Source of the DNA: Calditrichia bacterium
GTDB taxonomy: Bacteria > Calditrichota > Calditrichia > RBG-13-44-9 > J075
Direction: 5' to 3'
Assembly: GCA_050633245.1 (NCBI GenBank)
Contig: JBOEGD010000012.1
Coordinates: forward strand, 1-64,000
DNA: 64,000 nucleotides
How positions within the stretch are numbered: the first letter of the stretch is position 1; every line of letters begins with the position of its first letter. Of the stretch, positions 30,493-38,538 are shown piece after piece. The notes under the pieces were generated by a model. That model did not search any database. It was not told the origin of the DNA and saw only the letters and a program-made list of their open reading frames with translations. Both the position numbers and the translations under genes were made by a program.

Positions 30493-31350
30493 ATGACAAA
30501 ATCATTCAATTCAAATCAACAATCAGCAGGGCTCACCCTGATTCTTGGCGGCACCGGAAAGACCGGCAGAAGAATTGCCGTCGGCCTACGCGCCAAAAAC
30601 TTTCCGATACGCATCGGTTCACGTTCTGCTTCCCCGGCTTTTGACTGGAATAATGAGGCCGGTTGGAATGACTGTCTGCAGGATGTGGAGTCAGTTTACA
30701 TCAACTACGCTCCTGATCTGGCAATCCCCGGGGCCACTGATTCCATTCAGGCTTTTGTAAATAAGGCGAAAACTGCTGGCGTTAAGCGAATGGTGCTGCT
30801 CTCCGGTCGCGGCGAAGCAGAAGCACAAGCCTGCGAAAAGATTGTGCAGGAAAGTGGTGTAGAATGGACAATCATTCGTGCCAGTTGGTTTAACCAAAAC
30901 TTCTCGGAGGGTGCCTTTGTAGACATGATTCATTCAGGGCAGATTACGCTACCGGTCGGTAACATTCCCGAACCTTTTGTAGATGTGGATGATATTGCAG
31001 ATGTTGCTGTTGCGGCACTCACGGAACCCGGGCATGTTGGAGAACTTTACGAAGTAACCGGCCCACGATTGATGACATTCAGCGACGTTGCAGCAGAACT
31101 ATCAGAGGCAACCGGCCGCGAGATCAGCTTTATTCAAATACCTCATCAGGCCTTTATCGATGGGGCAACGGCATCCGGTGCCCCCAAAGAGGTAACCTGG
31201 ATGTTGGACTATCTCTTCTCAACCGTACTGGATGGTCGAAATGCCTATCTCACAGACGGCATTCAGCGAGCGCTGGGACGTGAGCCAAAAGACTTCTCGG
31301 ATTATGCTAGCACCGTTGCGACTTCAGGAGCATGGAAGGCCGCGATATGA
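30493..31350 (+). CDS. NmrA-like NAD(P)-binding protein (atypical SDR)
   Basis: GGTGKTGRR Rossmann motif, FNQNFSEG and PFVDVDDIAD. AAGGAG precedes ATG 30493. Confidence 0.9.
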   Translation: MTKSFNSNQQSAGLTLILGGTGKTGRRIAVGLRAKNFPIRIGSRSASPAFDWNNEAGWNDCLQDVESVYINYAPDLAIPGATDSIQAFVNKAKTAGVKRMVLLSGRGEAEAQACEKIVQESGVEWTIIRASWFNQNFSEGAFVDMIHSGQITLPVGNIPEPFVDVDDIADVAVAALTEPGHVGELYEVTGPRLMTFSDVAAELSEATGREISFIQIPHQAFIDGATASGAPKEVTWMLDYLFSTVLDGRNAYLTDGIQRALGREPKDFSDYASTVATSGAWKAAI

Positions 31351-31757
31351 AAAATTCCATCGTACGAAGTTTACTGGCGGTCTCGGGATTAATCGCGCTG
31401 GGAATCGGTTTTACCATTCTTTTTCAGCCGCATGCTCTATTTGCATCTAATGGCATCGCGCTCGGAGACGATCCAAATCTTCTATCGGAGGTTCGGGCAC
31501 CAGGCGGGCTGCTAATTGGCTGCGGCATTGCGATACTGCTCAGCACTTTCAGATACCGCAACCTGCACTTCGCCTTAATGCTATCTGCAACGGCATACGG
31601 ATTATTTGGTATGTCGCGGCTGATAAGTATGTTACTGGATGGGGTACCATCTTCTCCTTTAATTGCGGCAACGGTGGTCGAGCTACTAATTGGCGGGGTC
31701 TGCTTGCTCGCTATACATTATTTTAACCAAAACGAAACCATATCGGTAAGCGCTTAG
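31347..31757 (+). CDS. DUF4345-like membrane protein
   Basis: Four TM segments, LSEVRAPGG and SRLISMLLDGVP. ATGA coupling to the upstream gene. Confidence 0.75.
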   Translation: MKNSIVRSLLAVSGLIALGIGFTILFQPHALFASNGIALGDDPNLLSEVRAPGGLLIGCGIAILLSTFRYRNLHFALMLSATAYGLFGMSRLISMLLDGVPSSPLIAATVVELLIGGVCLLAIHYFNQNETISVSA

Positions 31758-31797
31758 GCGCTAACCGATACGTAATTAAGTCTCAAAAGGACACCTC

Positions 31798-32292
31798 ATG
31801 GATCTGTTTCAAATTGCCCTTGCTTTATCAACTTTGCTGTGTTCGTTAGTTGCAGGATTTCTATTTGCTTTCGTAATCGTGGCTATGCCGGGAATAGGCG
31901 CATTAAATGACCACGACTTTCTACAGGCCTTCAAAGTGATGGATCGCGTAATTCAAAATAATCAGCCGATCTTCATATTGGTTTGGGCTGGCTCGGTGAT
32001 CCTGTTGGCAATTACAGCGGTGCTCTCTATTTGGCACTTGGAAGGCGTAAACCGTCTGCTGATAATCGGCGCTGCAGCGATCTATTTCTTCGCAGTACAA
32101 TTGCCGACCGTTATTGTTAATGTGCCGTTAAACAACCAGCTGCAGGCACAGAGTCTTTCATCAATGAACGAATCGGAACTACAGGTGGCAAGAAAACAGT
32201 TTGAACCTCGTTGGGTGCGCTGGAATGCTATTCGAACAATCTTTGCGATAGTAACATCCACGCTGCTAATCATTCTGTTAATAAGACTGTAA
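31798..32292 (+). CDS. DUF1772/anthrone-oxygenase-like membrane protein
   Basis: LVAGFLFAF...MPG, NVPLNNQL and WVRWNAIRT. Confidence 0.85.
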   Translation: MDLFQIALALSTLLCSLVAGFLFAFVIVAMPGIGALNDHDFLQAFKVMDRVIQNNQPIFILVWAGSVILLAITAVLSIWHLEGVNRLLIIGAAAIYFFAVQLPTVIVNVPLNNQLQAQSLSSMNESELQVARKQFEPRWVRWNAIRTIFAIVTSTLLIILLIRL

Positions 32293-32413
32293 GTGTTATG
32301 ATCTAAACACTTTTTTTATTACCATGTTCTAGTAACACATTTTTTGATCTTCTAATACTCGCCAGCAAATCGACACCCGATAAACCAGCCGTCCCTTTTC
32401 CGGAGCAACATAT

Positions 32414-34093
32414 ATGAATGCTATGTACAGAATATTACTCTTTGGAATAATCCTGAGTTTTCTGTTGATGTCTGGTTGTGCCCACACGGCCAAGAAAAGC
32501 CAGGCTCCCTCTCTAACATGGGCTGAGCAAGATCTGGGCAGTTTTCCATATCATCCGCTCGTTTATCATCTGGACCTCTCCATCCTAACCTATCAATTAT
32601 ATAGCCAATCGCTGGTCTGGCCATTCGATCCATACTACGAGGAGATGAAAAAAGATCGCAGCGAGTTCATCAAGAAAGTCAAAGCCTGGGCAAAACAAAA
32701 AGGTTCTGAGCAAGATGACAAAGCACCAGTTCTGGATTCCTATCGCGGTCCCGGCGTACTAAACGGGTTTGAGAATAACGCACGGCACGATCCGATTCTC
32801 TATAACTATGCACGCATCCATCCGTGGGGCAGCAGTATTACAAATGCGCTGGGGCGATGGACAGAGTACTTGACGCCAACAGAGCTTACAGGAAAGATTA
32901 AAGACGTATACGTTTCCTATAGAAAAGCCGGCAGCTTAATGGGAACGCTTTCTCTCGACCGCATTGTCCCGAAACGCAACGATAGTACGCCTGATGCCAA
33001 AGACGTTCTACTGGCCTTCGAAGGTGGAACCGGCGATAAAGGCGAAGTAAACCAGCCAGCATCACAAAGCCTTATGGGATTCGTACTGCTGCGAACAAAG
33101 CCGAACGAGCATTACGATATTCACATTGCCTTTCGTGGCAGCAGGAGTGGTTCCGGAGCCAGAGCAATGCGTCAGGCATTTAGTGACGACAATGCGGGCG
33201 GCAACCCCGATTGGATTACGGACATGGGTTACGATCGAGTTGTTCCCGGCGAAGGCGCAGAACATGTAACAACCATCAGTGCCGTTAGCCGAGGTATGGC
33301 GCGTAGCATCAAGTCCATTCTTCCGCAGGTGTTTAACTGTCTTAAAAAAGTTGCCGACATCAGGCAAGGTGCTAAACCAGACAATATTTATGTTACCGGA
33401 CATAGCCTTGGAGGCGCCCTCGGACAGCATTTTGTCAGCGCCATCCTATTGGGGAATCTATATGGCCCAAAGGCCTCAGGGGATGCAATGCCTGCAACTC
33501 TGACCAGCTGGCCGTGGCAACAAATTAAGCTTATTACTTATAGCGCACCGCGTGTTGGTGATGAGGAGTGGGCAAAATTATTAACCGAAACCGGGCTGGA
33601 ATCCGAGTTCTTTTCCAGTCGGTTTAACCCCATTGATGGCAATGCAGCTGACCCGGATGACCCGACAATTGTATCACGTCTACTCGATGACAGCCGCCCC
33701 GTTGGATACCGGGTTTTGATCTCTGATGACCCGCTCACCAGCGAAAAAGTTCCGGGTGGCGGCAAGCACGTAGGCAAAACGGTTTATGTGAACAAGCCCT
33801 CTATTCGAGAGTCTTTTCTGCCACCCGACCTTAGCGCTCACGAGCCCGAGAATGTTCGGCAATACCTCGTCGATAGCTTTGCCGATCCGCGAACGCCTGC
33901 CGCCGCCTGGGGCTATATAAAAATGGATGATATGGTTCCGGATTACGGCAGTGCAGAAAAAGGCAGCGTTGCCGGATTAATCAGGCTTGCCAACGCGGTT
34001 AAAAAATACTATGCAGATAAGGACATTTGGTTTGACACAGAGGCATTTGACCGAGACCTCGCAATTCGATTCTCGATATATAGAGGTGAATAG
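32414..34093 (+). CDS. Lipoprotein with a lipase class-3 (alpha/beta-hydrolase) domain
   Basis: Lipobox MSGC, IAFRGS, DWITD, YVTGHSLGGAL and APRVGD. Confidence 0.8.
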   Translation: MNAMYRILLFGIILSFLLMSGCAHTAKKSQAPSLTWAEQDLGSFPYHPLVYHLDLSILTYQLYSQSLVWPFDPYYEEMKKDRSEFIKKVKAWAKQKGSEQDDKAPVLDSYRGPGVLNGFENNARHDPILYNYARIHPWGSSITNALGRWTEYLTPTELTGKIKDVYVSYRKAGSLMGTLSLDRIVPKRNDSTPDAKDVLLAFEGGTGDKGEVNQPASQSLMGFVLLRTKPNEHYDIHIAFRGSRSGSGARAMRQAFSDDNAGGNPDWITDMGYDRVVPGEGAEHVTTISAVSRGMARSIKSILPQVFNCLKKVADIRQGAKPDNIYVTGHSLGGALGQHFVSAILLGNLYGPKASGDAMPATLTSWPWQQIKLITYSAPRVGDEEWAKLLTETGLESEFFSSRFNPIDGNAADPDDPTIVSRLLDDSRPVGYRVLISDDPLTSEKVPGGGKHVGKTVYVNKPSIRESFLPPDLSAHEPENVRQYLVDSFADPRTPAAAWGYIKMDDMVPDYGSAEKGSVAGLIRLANAVKKYYADKDIWFDTEAFDRDLAIRFSIYRGE

Positions 34094-34418
34094 GATCAAA
34101 GGATGCGAACAGATATTGAAAATTTCCAGCGACTGGCAACAAAATAGTGTGCTGGTGCCTCGATTCCGATCGGCGCGATAAAAATTGACCCCGTTCTCTA
34201 AAAAGGCATATTACTAAATTAATCTTGTGCTAATCTGTAAGTTTTTATCACGTCTTGCGGAGGTAGAAAAACGGTTGACACATTCATAGCCCTTCTTGTA
34301 GATTAAAGAAAATTAGTCCCAACAACCTATTTTATATCATTCGTCCATTCAGCTTGCCAGTCATTAACAAGCCTGAGTTTTGTAATGCGCTGAATATTCA
34401 GAAACCGAAGGAATTCCT

Positions 34419-36671
34419 ATGAAGATCAAGGCAAAACTACTTATCATGCTGGTTTTGGGAGCTTTGCTCATTCCGGCATTTGCCACAGCACAAACAAAAG
34501 GAAACACCCTAACGCTCGAAGGACTTTACAAAGACAATGAATTCCGCTTAAATCGCTTTGGACCGGCCCGGTGGCTGGAAGATGGCTCCGGTTACACCAC
34601 GCTTGAAAAGGCAGAGCAATTCCCCAAGGCCAGAGAAATTATTAAATACAGTCCGAAATCCGGTAAGCGATCTATTTTGGTCAATGCAAGTAAATTGGTT
34701 CCGGCAGATGCTGAAAGCCCACTACCAATCTCTAACTATCACTGGTCGGCTGATGGCAAGATGCTGTTGATCTTCACAAATACCGTAAAGGTCTGGCGAT
34801 ATGAAACCAGAGGGGATTACTGGCTTTTAAACCTCTCTTCGGGTAAGCTCTCTCAGCTGGGGAAATTTGCAAAACCATCGACAATGATGTTCGCTAAGTT
34901 CTCGCCCGATGGCAAGAGCGTCGGCTATGTCGTTGAGAATAATATTTATGTGGAAGATCTGAAGAGCGCCAGGGTCACTCAGCTAACGAAAGACGGTTCA
35001 ACTCGTTTTATTAATGGTACATTTGACTGGGTTTATGAGGAAGAACTCTCCTGTCGCGATGGATTCCGCTGGAGTCCCGATAGCAAAACCATTGCCTATT
35101 GGCATTCAGACACTGAAGGAACCGGCGTATTTTATCTGATCAACAATCTTGATTCGATATATTCTCAGCCCATTCCATTTCCATATCCCAAAGTCGGCAC
35201 AGCAAACTCTGCGGTTAAGGTTGGCGTTGTAGCCGCTACCGGTGGCGATACCCGCTGGTTTGATATTCCGGGAGATCCGAGAAATAACTATTTGGCAAGA
35301 ATGGAATTCATCCCAAAGTCTAATGAGTTGATGATTCAGCAGCTAAACCGACTCCAGAATACCAATACGGTTTGGATAGCAGACATCAAGTCTATGAAGA
35401 TAGACAATATTTTAACCGATAAAGACGATGCCTGGCTGGATATCCACGATAACATTCAGTGGCTCGACAACGAGAAGTCTTTTACCTGGACCAGCGAAAA
35501 AGACGGCTGGATGCATTTATACAAGGTATCCAGGGACGGCAAAAAGATGGAGTTGATCACCAAGGGCGACTTTGACGTGGTGCGAATCAATAACATCGAT
35601 GAAAGAAGCGGCTATGTGTACTATATCGCCTCGCCAACTAACTTTACACAGCGCTATCTGTATCGCAGCCGTATTGACGGCAAGGGAAAAGCTGAGCGCA
35701 TTAGCCCGAAAAACAAAACCGGGCAATTTTCCTATCAGATGTCAGCCAACTCAAAATGGGCTATTGCTACATACAATAATGCCGAGACGCCGCACAGGAT
35801 TTCCGTTGTCAGCCTTCCCAGGCACAAGGAAGTAAAGCTGCTTGAAGGAAATTCTGAACTTAAGGCGAAGTACGATGCCCTGAACTTAAATCCAAAAGAG
35901 TTTCTAAAGGTAGATATCGGTGAGGTTGTTTTCGACGCGTGGATGATAAAGCCGGCAGGGTTCGATGCCTCCAAAAAATATCCGATAATCTTCTTTGTTT
36001 ATGGCGAACCGGCCGGCTCAACCGTTCAGGATCGCTGGACGAGCAGGGCATTGTGGCATCAGTATTTAGCGCAGCAGGGCTACATTGTAATGAGCGTAGA
36101 CAATCGCGGCACCAAGGTTCCGCGCGGTCGCGACTGGCGCAAGTCGATTTACCGGCAGGTCGGCATATTGGCGGCTCACGACCAGGCGAAAGCGGCTCGC
36201 AAGATCTTCGAGCAATATCCATTTATCGATACTGATCGTGTCGGCATGTGGGGCTGGAGCGGTGGTGGCCAGATGACCATGAACTGCATGTTCCGCTACC
36301 CTGAGATTTACAAAACCGGCGTTGCACTGGCCTTTGTTGCCGACCAGCGCCTATACGACACCATCTACCAGGAGCGCTACATGGGCCTGCCTGACGATAA
36401 CGCAGCTGGTTATCACGATGGCTCACCGATAAACCACGCCCATAAGCTGGACGGCAATCTGATGATCATTCATGGTACTGCCGATGACAATGTGCATTAT
36501 CAGAGTTTCGAAATGCTGGTGGATAGATTAATCAAGCACGATAAACTCTTCAGCATGATGTCTTATCCAATGCGTTCGCACAGTATCCGGGAACGAGAGA
36601 ATACCTCGCTACACTTGCGCCGCGTAATAGATGACTATTGGAAGAAAAATTTGCCAACAGGCAGCAGATAG
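34419..36671 (+). CDS. Dipeptidyl-peptidase IV family (S9B) peptidase
   Basis: NGTFDWVYEEE, YPKVG, GWSGGG, HGTADDNVH and HSI, plus a signal peptide. Confidence 0.93.
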   Translation: MKIKAKLLIMLVLGALLIPAFATAQTKGNTLTLEGLYKDNEFRLNRFGPARWLEDGSGYTTLEKAEQFPKAREIIKYSPKSGKRSILVNASKLVPADAESPLPISNYHWSADGKMLLIFTNTVKVWRYETRGDYWLLNLSSGKLSQLGKFAKPSTMMFAKFSPDGKSVGYVVENNIYVEDLKSARVTQLTKDGSTRFINGTFDWVYEEELSCRDGFRWSPDSKTIAYWHSDTEGTGVFYLINNLDSIYSQPIPFPYPKVGTANSAVKVGVVAATGGDTRWFDIPGDPRNNYLARMEFIPKSNELMIQQLNRLQNTNTVWIADIKSMKIDNILTDKDDAWLDIHDNIQWLDNEKSFTWTSEKDGWMHLYKVSRDGKKMELITKGDFDVVRINNIDERSGYVYYIASPTNFTQRYLYRSRIDGKGKAERISPKNKTGQFSYQMSANSKWAIATYNNAETPHRISVVSLPRHKEVKLLEGNSELKAKYDALNLNPKEFLKVDIGEVVFDAWMIKPAGFDASKKYPIIFFVYGEPAGSTVQDRWTSRALWHQYLAQQGYIVMSVDNRGTKVPRGRDWRKSIYRQVGILAAHDQAKAARKIFEQYPFIDTDRVGMWGWSGGGQMTMNCMFRYPEIYKTGVALAFVADQRLYDTIYQERYMGLPDDNAAGYHDGSPINHAHKLDGNLMIIHGTADDNVHYQSFEMLVDRLIKHDKLFSMMSYPMRSHSIRERENTSLHLRRVIDDYWKKNLPTGSR

Positions 36672-36698
36672 TCTTTGCTACACGGTAAGAGATGCTCC

Positions 36699-36798
36699 CA
36701 TTGAAAGGTTCGTTCAATGTCACAAAGGGATTGGGTTATCCTCCCGGATAACCCAATCCCTTATCTACTCAATGAGTTGCCGAAACTCCATTGAACGA
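36699..36798. repeat. Cluster of inverted repeats including a 17-bp perfect hairpin
   Basis: AAGGGATTGGGTTATCC-TCCC-GGATAACCCAATCCCTT (36725-36762), flanked by CATTGAA/TTCAATG repeats. Confidence 0.75.
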
Positions 36799-36945
36799 TT
36801 AACGACCTTCCCCATCAAAATTTTTAATCCAACAGGCATTTGAGAGTTGTATGGAAACCAGAAAATCATTATCGTAGTATAAGACATTCTAATATCTGCC
36901 TACAGTTAATGTCCAATCATGCTGCTTCTTTAGAAAGGTGCTGTT

Positions 36946-38538
36946 TTGGATAACAAAAAAGCAAAAATACCAGAGCTGCTGCAAGATAAAGGCGGGCTGA
37001 AAAGCGGCGTTTCCAGGGAAGTCTCCCGGGAAACCGGTGCTCCGGAGGCCATGATTTATGGCGTCGGCAGTTTTTTTCATCTTCTTTCAAACCCCGACAC
37101 TAAGGTACGAGTGTGCACCGGCCTCTCCTGCCAACTTGCCGGCGCAAATAAGATTCTTGAGGCCGCCAAAGCCGCAGGTCTTCCGGTGGAAGGCTGTTCC
37201 TGCCTGGCCGCCTGTGATCAACCTCCGGTGGTTTTGCGCGATCGCGACGTGATAACGCAGATTCAGTTATCGGATATCGAACAGACGGGCGGCGATTGGA
37301 AACAGTTAAAGCCTGAAATTGCTTCTGGTGGCTACGCATGGTCCGGGGCCGTAGGTCCTGACCGGGACGATTCCGAAAAGCAGGTTTTCAACCTGCTCGG
37401 GCAACTCGACTGGTCCGGGGCAGCTCTTAAAAAAGCAAGTGCCATGGATCCGGATGACGTAATTCAGCTAGTGGAAGACTCCGGGCTGCAGGGACGCGGG
37501 GGAGCGGGATTTCCGGCCCATATCAAATGGAGGGCGGTGCGGGAGCAACAAGAGCCGCAGCGCTATCTGGTATTGAACGCAGATGAAGGTGAACCCGGCA
37601 CCTTTAAGGACGGCGAGATTATGATGCGCCGTCCGGATCTGATAATCGAGGGGCTGGCAATAGCCGCTCGAACCGTAGGTGCAACAGACATTTATCTCTA
37701 CCTGCGTGGCGAATTTACCTTTCCCAAAATAGCGATGGCGACAGCATTGGAAAAATTCAGTGAGCAGGGGTTACTCGATGATCTGAATTTTCACTTTCAC
37801 GATGGACAGGGAGCGTATATTTGCGGTGAGGAAACCGCGCTTCTGGAAGCCCTCGAAGGTAAACGGGGAATGCCCCGGTTGAAGCCCCCTTTTCCGGTAG
37901 AAAACGGACTGTGGGGCAAACCAACCCTGATTCACAATGTTGAAACGATTGCCTGTGTGCCGCCGGTTATGCTGCACGGAGGAGAATGGTTTAAAGACCT
38001 TGGACGCACCGAGCCCGGGACGAAGCTGTATTGCATCAGCGGACATGTGCAAAATCCCGGAACCTACGAATTACCACTTGGCGTAACGCTGGACGAGCTG
38101 GTTGCAGAAGCCGGTGGGTACGTCGGTACGCTAAAAGCCTTTTGTCCCGGTGGTGCCAGCTCCGGGTTTCTGCCGGCCACGATGAGCAACCTGCCACTCG
38201 ATTTTAAAGGCTTGGCCAAGGTTGGTTCCATGCTCGGTTCCGCCGGAATTATTGTTCTCAACAATACGGTTAATATGAAGTGGGCGGCCGGACACCAACT
38301 GCGCTTTTTTGAAGACGAGAGTTGTGGCCAATGTGCCCCCTGCCGGATCGGCACCCGTTACCTGCGAGAGGCAATAGACGCCTCTATTGAAGGAACGGAA
38401 AGCCCCGACACACCGAACCTTGAAGTTGCAGACGAGGTAGCATGGCAAATGAATGAAGGTTCTATTTGCGGATTGGGGCAAATTGCCGCTCTACCGCTTA
38501 CCACCGCCAGGAAATACTTCCCCGAGGATTTTATATGA
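36946..38538 (+). CDS. NAD-dependent formate dehydrogenase diaphorase subunit, NuoE-like [2Fe-2S] domain fused to a NuoF-like domain
   Basis: VCTGLSC...CLAACD, GRGGAGFP, NADEGEPGTFKD, YICGEETALL and ESCGQCAPCR...SICGLG. The TTG start is uncertain. Confidence 0.9.
   Translation: MDNKKAKIPELLQDKGGLKSGVSREVSRETGAPEAMIYGVGSFFHLLSNPDTKVRVCTGLSCQLAGANKILEAAKAAGLPVEGCSCLAACDQPPVVLRDRDVITQIQLSDIEQTGGDWKQLKPEIASGGYAWSGAVGPDRDDSEKQVFNLLGQLDWSGAALKKASAMDPDDVIQLVEDSGLQGRGGAGFPAHIKWRAVREQQEPQRYLVLNADEGEPGTFKDGEIMMRRPDLIIEGLAIAARTVGATDIYLYLRGEFTFPKIAMATALEKFSEQGLLDDLNFHFHDGQGAYICGEETALLEALEGKRGMPRLKPPFPVENGLWGKPTLIHNVETIACVPPVMLHGGEWFKDLGRTEPGTKLYCISGHVQNPGTYELPLGVTLDELVAEAGGYVGTLKAFCPGGASSGFLPATMSNLPLDFKGLAKVGSMLGSAGIIVLNNTVNMKWAAGHQLRFFEDESCGQCAPCRIGTRYLREAIDASIEGTESPDTPNLEVADEVAWQMNEGSICGLGQIAALPLTTARKYFPEDFI

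Noticed and set aside
36691-36770. Moco/Wco riboswitch, SAM-I riboswitch or hammerhead ribozyme upstream of fdh
   Set aside because: The resemblance is superficial (AGGG...CCTCCCG; TGA...GAAA). The closing GGAAAGGAG, the SAM-I core and the CUGAnGA core are all absent.
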